DNA from: Candidatus Darwinibacter acetoxidans | GTDB lineage: Bacteria > Bacillota > Limnochordia > Darwinibacteriales > Darwinibacteriaceae | DNA length: 59,278 bases | Assembly: GCA_041936745.1 (NCBI GenBank) | Contig: JBHGWS010000140.1 | Span: 1 to 59,278 of the forward strand | Reading direction: 5' to 3' | Shown: positions 1 to 7,892 of the stretch, in pieces | How the letters are laid out: each line of letters begins with the position of its first letter | Position numbering within the stretch: the stretch's first letter is position 1 | Made by a program: the position numbers and the translations under genes | The notes under the pieces: model-generated | The model's database searches: none | What the model saw: only the letters and a program-made list of their open reading frames with translations | What the model was told of the DNA's origin: nothing

Positions 1-1
1 G

Positions 2-385
2 GGGGCTCTGACACCGGAACAAATCAATCTTGTCCTGACGCATCTGCCCATCGACATTACTTACGTGGATGAAAACGACGAGGTGCGTTACTTTTCCTTG
101 GGGCCTGAGCGGATCTTCGAACGGGCCCGGGCAGTGATCGGCCGCAAGGTGCAGTTCTGCCACCCGCCGAGCAGTATGGGCATTGTTGATCAAATCCTGG
201 ATGACTTCAAGAGCGGCCGGAAAGATTCCGCTGAGTTTTGGATCAATATGAAAGGACAGTTGATTTACATCCGTTATTTCGCAGTCCGCGATAAAGACGG
301 TACCTACCGGGGCACCTTGGAGGCATCGCAAAATATTACAGAGATTCAAAAACTAAAGGGCGAGAAGCGGATTTATGACTATTAA
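2..385 (+). CDS. C-terminal part of a DUF438/PAS (PAS_10)-domain protein, 5'-truncated by the window edge
   Basis: The frame is open from base 2 (GALTPEQINLVLTHLPIDITYVDENDEVRYFS...IGRKVQFCHPP...FWINMKG...YIRYFAVRD...G.Y.G.LE), typical of the PAS domain of DUF438 proteins. Confidence 0.8.
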   Translation, partial: GALTPEQINLVLTHLPIDITYVDENDEVRYFSLGPERIFERARAVIGRKVQFCHPPSSMGIVDQILDDFKSGRKDSAEFWINMKGQLIYIRYFAVRDKDGTYRGTLEASQNITEIQKLKGEKRIYDY

Positions 386-406
386 AGCATACCGCTGATT
401 TGAAAT

Positions 407-450
407 AATCCCTGCTTGTTTAGGTATCTAGACAAGAGGGATTTTTCTTT
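407..450 (+). terminator. Intrinsic terminator
   Basis: Hairpin AATCCCT-gCTTGTTTAG..CTAGACAAG-AGGGATT followed by a T tract, just after the ORF stop. Confidence 0.65.
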
Positions 451-489
451 TAAAAGAGAAAATAGGGAGTAGGGTTTACGTGGGAAGGA

Positions 490-1176
490 TTGGTAGCAAT
501 TCCGGAAAAATTAGTTTTCATGGACGTCGAAACAACCGGTTTGGATCCTAAGGACGATCGGATTATTGAGGTATATCTTTTGGCCTTGAGCCGTTCGGGC
601 GAAGTCAGCGAATATGAAACGCTGCTTAACCCCGGCCGCCCCATCCCCGAACGTATTACTGAGTTAACCGGCCTGACAGATGCCGCCGTGGCGGCAGCTC
701 CTCGCGAGGAGGAGGTGGCCCCGCGTATTAGGGATTTTATCGGCAACGGTACTCCCGTCGCCCATAATCTGCCTTTCGACCGCCGTTTTTTCAACGCCAT
801 GTTCCAAAGGAATAATTTAACCGAACTAAGTGCGGCCGGAATGGATACCTTAGTACTGAGCAGGGAGCTGTTTCCCCGCCTCTGTATTTTTCCCGAAGGG
901 GGCGGCAGCCACCGCCTGAGCAACTTAATGTACTTTTTTGGCTTGGAGGATTCGTATGCCAATGCCCACAGGGCCAAGGAAGATGTTCTGCTGCTCGTGG
1001 AAGTATTCCGCCGCCTCCAGGGTTATGCCTTGGGGAGGTTTGAGGGAAATTACCCTGCGGCCATGACCCACGGCTGCCCTACCTGCGGCTCGGCAATGTA
1101 TTTACAAGAGGAAGGCAGTGAGAGGATCTTAATCTGCAAAAAACAGCCTGCTTGTACTGTTCGCTTAGTTGTTTAA
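490..1176 (+). CDS. DEDDh 3'-5' exonuclease (DnaQ/PolC-exo-like) with a C-terminal Cys4 zinc ribbon
   Basis: Exo I DVETTG, Exo II AHNLPFD, Exo III HRAKED; the C-terminus has CPTCGS...ICKKQPAC. Confidence 0.85.
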   Translation: MVAIPEKLVFMDVETTGLDPKDDRIIEVYLLALSRSGEVSEYETLLNPGRPIPERITELTGLTDAAVAAAPREEEVAPRIRDFIGNGTPVAHNLPFDRRFFNAMFQRNNLTELSAAGMDTLVLSRELFPRLCIFPEGGGSHRLSNLMYFFGLEDSYANAHRAKEDVLLLVEVFRRLQGYALGRFEGNYPAAMTHGCPTCGSAMYLQEEGSERILICKKQPACTVRLVV

Positions 1177-1182
1177 AGGAGC

Positions 1183-1211
1183 TTGACATATACCCCGTGG
1201 GGGTATATAAT
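1183..1211 (+). promoter_or_regulatory. Consensus sigma-A promoter of trxA containing a CsoR/CstR-family operator
   Basis: TTGACA (1183-1188), 17 bp, TATAAT (1206-1211); perfect inverted repeat ATATACCCC-GTG-GGGGTATAT (1188-1208). Confidence 0.8.
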
Positions 1212-1246
1212 ATGAAAGGAATTTGAAATTAAAGGAGGATTATCCA

Positions 1247-1573
1247 ATGGCTAAGCCAATGTTAGTTGAAGATCAAAATTTTAAAAGTGAAATTCTGGAT
1301 TATGAAGGGGTTGCATTCGTAGATTGCTGGGCAGCCTGGTGTGCTCCTTGCCGTATTTTGGAACCTATTGTGGAGGAATTGGCAGAGGATTACAACGGGA
1401 GAGTTAAAATTGCAAAACTCAACGTGGATGAAAACCAGGTTTCCGCACAAAATTATGGAATTATGAGCATACCCACCATGCTTATTTTCAAAGACGGGCA
1501 AGAGGTAGATCGGCTCATCGGAGTAATGCCCAAAGAAGTGATTGCGGAACGCTTAGATAAGTGGATCCCTTGA
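1247..1573 (+). CDS. trxA: Thioredoxin
   Basis: WCAPC active site and SIPT cis-Pro loop; AGGAGG RBS before ATG 1247. Confidence 0.93.
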   Translation: MAKPMLVEDQNFKSEILDYEGVAFVDCWAAWCAPCRILEPIVEELAEDYNGRVKIAKLNVDENQVSAQNYGIMSIPTMLIFKDGQEVDRLIGVMPKEVIAERLDKWIP

Positions 1574-1598
1574 CAAAAAGGGCTGGGTGAGATAGAAT
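1570..1598 (+). promoter_or_regulatory. Sigma-A promoter of the tRNA gene
   Basis: TTGACA (1570-1575, overlapping the trxA stop), 17 bp, TAGAAT (1593-1598). Confidence 0.75.
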
Positions 1599-1609
1599 TT
1601 GACTAGTGG

Positions 1610-1686
<77 letters not shown>

Positions 1687-1700
1687 AAATTTCGACTGCG

Positions 1701-1726
1701 AGACCGGTTTTACACCGGTCTTTTTT
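1701..1726 (+). terminator. Intrinsic terminator after the tRNA
   Basis: AGACCGGT-TTTAC-ACCGGTCT followed by TTTTT. Confidence 0.8.
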
Positions 1727-1757
1727 AAGTAAAGCGGGAAGAATTGGAGGTAAAAAT

Positions 1758-2183
1758 ATGCCACTGCCTGTGATTGCTGCAATTATAGTGCAGGATGAGC
1801 GAGTTTTGCTCTGCCAACGAAAAGAAGGGGCTTTAGCGGGGAAGTGGGAGTTTCCCGGCGGTAAACTTGAAAAAGATGAAACCCCCGAAGAATGTTTGGT
1901 TAGGGAGATCAAAGAGGAATTGGATATTGAAATAAAGGTAAAAGAAATTTACAAAGCAGTTCACGCCCACTATGAACACGGTGACTTTCTCTTGGTCGGT
2001 TATTTGGCGGAACCCGTTTCCGGTAAAATCAGCCTCCAAGTCCACGCAGACTGTGCCTGGGTACACTACAGGAGGCTGACCGAATACGATTTGGCGGAGG
2101 CGAACATCCCAATTGCCAAAAGCCTAAAACAGGAGCCCGAGCCCGCCTGGGCCCGCATGGGTGCCGATAGTAGGCCCGATTAA
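1758..2183 (+). CDS. NUDIX hydrolase, MutT/NudG-like (d)NTP pyrophosphohydrolase
   Basis: Nudix box GGKLEKDETPEECLVREIKEELDI; GGAGG RBS before ATG 1758. Confidence 0.88.
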   Translation: MPLPVIAAIIVQDERVLLCQRKEGALAGKWEFPGGKLEKDETPEECLVREIKEELDIEIKVKEIYKAVHAHYEHGDFLLVGYLAEPVSGKISLQVHADCAWVHYRRLTEYDLAEANIPIAKSLKQEPEPAWARMGADSRPD

Positions 2184-2975
2184 GCCTTCTATTACCTCCA
2201 AGGGCTGCAGCCGTTCGATTACCATTTCTTTGAGCTCGGCGGCGGGGGCGGCACCATAAGTGTAAGCAACCGCTAATTTTTTTTGAGAAAAATCAATGCC
2301 TGTAGCTTGAGCCTTGTCAACAATGGTTTGCAGGGCTCTTTTTGTTGATCTTACCTTTTCGTCTATTTCGATAGTCCCCGCCTTGGTTATTTTCAAAACC
2401 GGTTTGATATTTAAGATTGTGCCGACCAAGCCCTGTGTACGCGTGAGGCGACCGCCTTTAACTAAATGGGTCAGGGAATCCAGGATAAAATAAGCTGCTG
2501 AATCACGCTGCTTTTGTTCCAATGCGGCTAGGATTTCCGGGACGCTTGCTTGGGCCGCGATCATTTCAGCCGCTTTAATAACGTACAAGGCTACTCCCAA
2601 AGAAGCGGATTTGGAATCAAAAATATGGATTTTGGCCGATTTTAAAAGTTCTTTGGCCAGTTGGGCACTCTGCAGGGTCCCGCTTAATTTGGAAGACAGG
2701 CCGATATATAAAATGGTGTCACCCTGCTTTAAGTAAGGTTCAAATACTTCGGCAAACTCATGGGGGTTAACTTGGTTGGTGGCAGGCAGCTCTTCCGCTT
2801 GCGCCAATTTTTCCCAAAATTCTTCTACCGATAAGTCTACCTGGTCTTTAAATTCTGCCCTACCGAATAACACGGTTAAAGGAACGACTTCAATGCCGTA
2901 TTTTTCTCGATAATACAGGGGCACATCTGCGCCGCTGTCCGTGATCAATCTAATCCTACCGGACATGTTCAGCAT
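2124..2975 (-). CDS. DegV/FakB family fatty-acid-binding protein
   Basis: ITDSGADVP, TNQVNP, LSSKLSGT, DSKSAS, LVKGGR and IGTHAGPG motifs; start codon uncertain (2966-3014). Confidence 0.92.
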   Translation of the reverse strand: MLNMSGRIRLITDSGADVPLYYREKYGIEVVPLTVLFGRAEFKDQVDLSVEEFWEKLAQAEELPATNQVNPHEFAEVFEPYLKQGDTILYIGLSSKLSGTLQSAQLAKELLKSAKIHIFDSKSASLGVALYVIKAAEMIAAQASVPEILAALEQKQRDSAAYFILDSLTHLVKGGRLTRTQGLVGTILNIKPVLKITKAGTIEIDEKVRSTKRALQTIVDKAQATGIDFSQKKLAVAYTYGAAPAAELKEMVIERLQPLEVIEGLIGPTIGTHAGPGGLGLLF

Positions 2976-3020
2976 CACACTCCTTGAAAAAATACTGTTT
3001 TGTATGTTCGGCAAAAAAAC

Positions 3021-4178
3021 TTATCTCCCTTCAGACCTGTTTTGCTTTAGGGTCCTAAGGGCGGGAAGCGCAGCAGTAATGGGGACTAGCAGCAGCATAA
3101 GAACTGCCAAAATAACGACACCGGCAATGAATGAATAGCTTTCCGCGATAATGCCGAGAAAGCTTGGGCCGACCAAAGCACCTAAAGAACCTGCTACAAC
3201 CAGGGAGCTGGTTGTCTGCGGCGTATGGTCGGGAAATAACTGAGAGCCGTAAAGAATAATGAGGGGAAAGATGGCGGAAAAGAAAAGGCCCGTGATAAAA
3301 AGGCCGGCAAACATTTGATAAACCGAGTCAGTAAGGTTTAAAGCCAGCATGCTCAGCCCCGTACCTGCTGTGAGCAGTAAGAGGAGGGGTTTCGGCCGCA
3401 AAAATGCCACAAGTTTGGTGCACAAAGCCCTGCCTAAAGTGACGCCCAGCCAGATTACGGAGACACCCAAAGCGGCGTTTTCCGAGCCGGCCCCCAATTG
3501 GATTAAAAAGGTCGGCGCCCAGCCCGCCAGGCTTACCTCGGCTGCCACATAGGTGAACATCAAAGCAATGAGGGCCCAAAGGCTGCGGTTTTTATAAATC
3601 CCGTTCAAAGCCTCTGCCGCCGGTTTTGGATTGGGCGCGATTTTGTTCATCGTTTTAAATCTATGCCAGATTACTAAAAAGATTAGGCTTAAAAAAGCGA
3701 TGCTCAAATGATAAACAAACCAAGAGCCGCTCAAATTGAAAAGGCGTGAAAGCAGCAGAGGGCCTAAAAGAGCACCTAAACCATAAGAAAAATGGAGCCA
3801 ATTCATAGCCACCTCGGAGCGCTTGGGCTCAAGCTGGGCGATTAAAGTATTAAAACCGACTTCTATTGTCCCCGAACCTAAATTGGCAACAAAACCGAGG
3901 AGTACAACCAAAAACCAGATGGGCTGCCAAGGCGTGAAGGCGAAACCTATTGCAATGACTACAAATGCTGCAGGGAGAAGCTGCCCCGCGGCAAAACGTT
4001 TTAAAAGGGCGGGATAATAAAAAGAAGCGGCCAGATAGCCCGCAGCCGCTGCAAACAGCAGTAAACCGGCGACAGAAAAGGGCAGCTGGAACTTTTCAAT
4101 AAAAAAAGGCATGGTGATACCCGGAATGGTACCAGCAACCCCGATAATGGCGAAAGCAAGATAAGCAAGTTTTTCCAA
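3021..4178 (-). CDS. MFS transporter (FucP/TsgA-like)
   Basis: About 12 hydrophobic segments; MNWLHFSYGLGALLGP and YVAAEVSLAGW motifs. Confidence 0.85.
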   Translation of the reverse strand: MEKLAYLAFAIIGVAGTIPGITMPFFIEKFQLPFSVAGLLLFAAAAGYLAASFYYPALLKRFAAGQLLPAAFVVIAIGFAFTPWQPIWFLVVLLGFVANLGSGTIEVGFNTLIAQLEPKRSEVAMNWLHFSYGLGALLGPLLLSRLFNLSGSWFVYHLSIAFLSLIFLVIWHRFKTMNKIAPNPKPAAEALNGIYKNRSLWALIALMFTYVAAEVSLAGWAPTFLIQLGAGSENAALGVSVIWLGVTLGRALCTKLVAFLRPKPLLLLLTAGTGLSMLALNLTDSVYQMFAGLFITGLFFSAIFPLIILYGSQLFPDHTPQTTSSLVVAGSLGALVGPSFLGIIAESYSFIAGVVILAVLMLLLVPITAALPALRTLKQNRSEGR

Positions 4179-4231
4179 ATCAGATCCTCTCCCGAACGGA
4201 CATTAGATTATTGGCCCTATCCCAAACTACT

Positions 4232-4256
4232 ATTCGCCTGCTGAGGACGTTATCCT
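4232..4256 (-). promoter_or_regulatory. Sigma-H-like promoter of the MFS-degV pair
   Basis: Minus strand reads AGGA-17 bp-GAAT (AAAGGATAACGTCCTCAGCAGGCGAAT). Confidence 0.55.
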
Positions 4257-4389
4257 TTAAGTGCACGATAAAACAATTTTAAGGGAAACAGTATAAAAAA
4301 AGGTATTTTGGTTTAAACCGCAAAATAATGTTTAAACAGGCAAAATCTTCTAGCCTGCCAACGCCGGTAATTTGGAAGGGAGCGGTTGC

Positions 4390-5895
4390 TTGACATTACT
4401 TTTAAAAAAGCTGAAAGAAATATCTTTCGCTGTCCTGCCCATCACCATTCTTGTCCTTATTTTGAATTTCACCATTGTGCCTATTGAGTTTGAGATGCTG
4501 GCGCGCTTTCTATTAGGGGCTTTGTTGGTTGTTTTAGGGTTGGGCATTTTTTTATTCGGTGCTCATATCGGTGTCAGCCCCCTGGGTACTTTAATCGGTG
4601 AATCGATTGCTAAGACGAACAAAATCTATGCGGTGGCCGCCCTCGGCTTTTTAATGGGCTTTTTGATCACCATCGCCGAGCCGGATCTGCAGATTTTGGC
4701 CGGCCAGGTAAACCAAGCTTCCGGTGGCATCGTTTCCGCCGGCCTCGTGCTGATAGTTGTATCAATTGGCGTTGGGATTATGGTTGCCATCGGCCTTTTA
4801 AGAATACTTTTTGGCACGCCCTTGAACCGGATTTTTACCATAACTTATCTTGTGATTTTCTTTCTTGGCTTAAAGGCGTCGGCGGAATTTTTGGCAATTT
4901 CAGTCGATGCTTCCGGCGCTACAACAGGTGCAATGACAACGCCGTTTATTTTAGCCTTAGGTTACGGCGTTTCGCGCTTGAAAGGCGGGGAAAAAACAGA
5001 AGAGGATAGTTTTGGTTTAGTGGGGCAGGCTTCCGCCGGCCCCATTTTTGCTATTATGCTGATGAGCATAGTTAAAAGGCTCAGCCATATTCAGGGCGAG
5101 GTGGAGCCGTTTTTAGGCCACAGCGGGATTTTAGCCCCTTATGCGGAAGTTTTCCCCGTTATTTTAAAAGAGTCGTTTTTGACTCTGTTTCCTCTGGTAA
5201 TTTTGTTTATCGTTTTTGATCTGACAAAGTTCAAGTTAAATAAAAAAAGCAGGAATTCCATTTTCAAAGGCCTTTTGTATACGTTTCTGGGATTGACACT
5301 ATTTTTAGTGGGGGTTAACGCAGGCTTTATGGAGGTGGGCAGAGTGATGGGGGAGGGTATCGCCCACTATCACGGCTGTCTTTTACCGGTATTGGGTTTT
5401 TTCCTGGGCATGGTGGTAGTACTTGCTGAGCCTGCAGTCTATGTTTTAACGGAACAGGTGGAAGAAGTTACGGCAGGCCATATTAAAAGGAAACTGATCC
5501 TTGTGGTTTTGTCATTGGGGATTGCGATTGCCGTTTCTCTTTCCATGCTCAGGATCCTGTTTTCCGCCGTTAAGCTTTGGCACTTTTTGCTGCCCGGTTT
5601 TGCGCTGGCGGCTTTTCTTTCTTACAGAGTACCGCCGATTTTTGTGGGCATTGCTTATGATTCCGGCGGCGTGGCCTCAGGGCCTATGACCGCAACCTTC
5701 GTTTTGGCTTTTGCCCAAGGGGCTGCAAACGCTGTTCCTTCCGCCAATGTTTTGGTCGATGGCTTTGGCGTAATTGCTATGGTGGCGATGACTCCCTTGG
5801 TGGCTGTTCAGATTTTGGGTATGGTGTTTAAAGCGAAGGAGAAAAAACAACGTTTGTTGGCCGAACGCGAGCTTTTACAAAGGAGAGACATCTAA
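4390..5895 (+). CDS. Tandem DUF1538 membrane protein (putative transporter)
   Basis: Two internal repeats (AEPDL...DASGATTGAMTTPF and AEPAV...DSGGVASGPMTATF...DGFG); highly hydrophobic; TTG start after GGGAG. Confidence 0.85.
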   Translation: MTLLLKKLKEISFAVLPITILVLILNFTIVPIEFEMLARFLLGALLVVLGLGIFLFGAHIGVSPLGTLIGESIAKTNKIYAVAALGFLMGFLITIAEPDLQILAGQVNQASGGIVSAGLVLIVVSIGVGIMVAIGLLRILFGTPLNRIFTITYLVIFFLGLKASAEFLAISVDASGATTGAMTTPFILALGYGVSRLKGGEKTEEDSFGLVGQASAGPIFAIMLMSIVKRLSHIQGEVEPFLGHSGILAPYAEVFPVILKESFLTLFPLVILFIVFDLTKFKLNKKSRNSIFKGLLYTFLGLTLFLVGVNAGFMEVGRVMGEGIAHYHGCLLPVLGFFLGMVVVLAEPAVYVLTEQVEEVTAGHIKRKLILVVLSLGIAIAVSLSMLRILFSAVKLWHFLLPGFALAAFLSYRVPPIFVGIAYDSGGVASGPMTATFVLAFAQGAANAVPSANVLVDGFGVIAMVAMTPLVAVQILGMVFKAKEKKQRLLAERELLQRRDI

Positions 5896-5897
5896 TC

Positions 5898-6557
5898 ATG
5901 GCCGATGATTTAATTTTGGTCTGCTGTATTTTGGACTACGGGCTCGGCAGCCAAGCCCTCTCGCTGGCGAAAGAGTGTGGCGCGGTGGGGGAGACCATTG
6001 TTTTAGGTAAAGGTACCGTGACAGAAAAATGGCTTAAAATCTTAGGGGCTTTGGAAATTCGCAAGGAAATTTTATTGGCTGTAATCGCAAAAAACGGAGA
6101 AGATGCCATTTATAAGGCGTTGGCGGAGCAGTTTAACCTGGAAAAACCGCAAAGGGGCATCGCTTTTTCCCTGCCTTTAGGCGGCTATTTTCCCTTCGGC
6201 CGTATGAAGAGTCAGGAAGCTTGGCGCAAAGAGAAAGGCGTGAAAAAGGTGGCTTACGAAGCGATTTTTATAGTGGTCAATAAGGGTTTATCTGCAGATG
6301 TCATTGATGCGGCGGAATCGGCCGGATCCACCGGGGGCACGTTAATCCACGGCAGGGGTTCGGGGACTAAAGAGAAGGCTAAGTTATTTAACATTGAAAT
6401 TGAACCGGAAAAGGACATCGTCCTTATTTTGGCCAAACGGGAGCGGACTGAGGCGATCGTCGGTGCCATAGAAGCCAAGTTGGGCATCAGTAAGCCGGGT
6501 GCGGGTATTGTGTTTGTCACTGCCGTTACCAAAACCTTAGGCTTATACGAGGGTTAA
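5898..6557 (+). CDS. PII-like regulator with two tandem PII domains
   Basis: Two repeats: GAVGETIVLGKGT...KEILL...GIAFSLP and GSTGGTLIHGRGSG...EKDIVL...GAGIVF. Confidence 0.8.
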   Translation: MADDLILVCCILDYGLGSQALSLAKECGAVGETIVLGKGTVTEKWLKILGALEIRKEILLAVIAKNGEDAIYKALAEQFNLEKPQRGIAFSLPLGGYFPFGRMKSQEAWRKEKGVKKVAYEAIFIVVNKGLSADVIDAAESAGSTGGTLIHGRGSGTKEKAKLFNIEIEPEKDIVLILAKRERTEAIVGAIEAKLGISKPGAGIVFVTAVTKTLGLYEG

Positions 6558-6574
6558 GCATGCCTTTCCTTCTC

Positions 6575-6602
6575 TTGACTTAGATTTCTACTTCGGTATA
6601 AT
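6575..6602 (+). promoter_or_regulatory. Sigma-A promoter of the trpS leader
   Basis: TTGACT, 16 bp, TATAAT. Confidence 0.6.
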
Positions 6603-6614
6603 ATAGGTAAACGT

Positions 6615-6838
6615 AGCGGCGTTGAAAAGGAGTAGTACCCCCGTTCGCCGGTCCAGAGAGTCGGCTGCCAGCTGTAATGCCGAACCGTTAAACGGGGGGA
6701 ATGGGCCTTGGAGCTGCAGAGTTGAATTAGAGTAGGCTCTGCCGGCGATCCCCCGTTAGCGGGATAGAGCGGATCTTTAAAAGATCAAAAAGGGTGGCAC
6801 CGCGGTTATAATCGTCCCTGGTTTGGGGCGTTTTTTTC
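6615..6838 (+). ncRNA. T-box riboswitch, Trp-specific
   Basis: AGTA, AGAGA and GCTG stem-I motifs; specifier GAA-TGG (TGG at 6702-6704); T-box AAGGGTGGCACCGCG (about 6790-6804); terminator CGTCCC..GGGGCG-T7. Confidence 0.92.
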
Positions 6839-6876
6839 TGCCCGTATTACTTAATCTTAGGAAAGAGGTTGTAGTG

Positions 6877-7869
6877 ATGAGCCAACGGATTTTTTCGGGA
6901 ATTCAGCCTACGGGTAACATTCATGTGGGGAATTATTTAGGGGCAATAAAAAATTGGGTTGAGCTGCAGAATCAGTACGAGTGCCTGTTTTGCATCGTCG
7001 ACTATCATTCTATTACTGTGAAATATGATCCGGACGATTTAGAGAACAGGGTTTTGGATGCAGCGGCGACTAACATGGCCGCAGGCTTGGATCCGGATAA
7101 ATCCATTCTATTTTTGCAGTCTTTAGTGCCTGAACACACGGAATTGACTTGGCTGTTAACCTGCCTTACCTCCATTGGGGCTTTGGAGCGGATGACCCAA
7201 TTTAAAGATAAAGCCGCGGGCCAACAGCAGGTTTTCGCCGGTTTAATGAACTATCCCGTGTTAATGGCAGCCGATATCCTTCTTTATAAGGCGGGGTTAG
7301 TGCCCGTGGGTGATGACCAACTGCAGCATCTGGAGTTTGCCAGGGAACTGGCTCGGCGGTTTAACAGTACTTTCCGGGAATATTTTCCTGAACCGAAGCC
7401 GCTTTTAACGTCCAGTGCCAGAGTTATGGGGCTTAATGATCCTACCGCTAAAATGTCTAAAAGCCTGGAGGGAAGTTATGTAGGCTTGGCGGAGGAAGAA
7501 GACGTTATCCGGCAAAAAATTAGGCGCGCTGTTACGGACCCCGGGCCGCAGGGCGGCGAGATGGGGCCGGGGGTGGCGAACCTGTTCACACTTTTAGAAG
7601 CTTTTGCTTCGCCTGAAATTGTCACGCAGTTTAAAGACGCTTATGCGGCGCAAAACCTGCGGTATATTGATTTGAAAGAAGAACTGGCAGAAGCAATGAT
7701 TGAAAAGCTAACGCCGATCAGAGAGAAGAGAAAAGAGTTATTAGCAAGTCCGGAAACGGTGAAAGAAATCTTATACGACGGTGCGGCACAAGCAGAGAAG
7801 ATCGCAAGGGAAACGATGAAAGAAGTACGGGACCTGATGGGTTTTCGCCTGCCTGTGCGGCCGATCTGA
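6877..7869 (+). CDS. trpS: Tryptophan--tRNA ligase
   Basis: SGIQPTG, HVGN (HIGH-like), YPVLMAADIL, VPVGDDQ and KMSKS motifs; preceded by a Trp T-box. Confidence 0.97.
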   Translation: MSQRIFSGIQPTGNIHVGNYLGAIKNWVELQNQYECLFCIVDYHSITVKYDPDDLENRVLDAAATNMAAGLDPDKSILFLQSLVPEHTELTWLLTCLTSIGALERMTQFKDKAAGQQQVFAGLMNYPVLMAADILLYKAGLVPVGDDQLQHLEFARELARRFNSTFREYFPEPKPLLTSSARVMGLNDPTAKMSKSLEGSYVGLAEEEDVIRQKIRRAVTDPGPQGGEMGPGVANLFTLLEAFASPEIVTQFKDAYAAQNLRYIDLKEELAEAMIEKLTPIREKRKELLASPETVKEILYDGAAQAEKIARETMKEVRDLMGFRLPVRPI

Positions 7870-7892
7870 TTAAACTTTTGTTATAATAAAGG

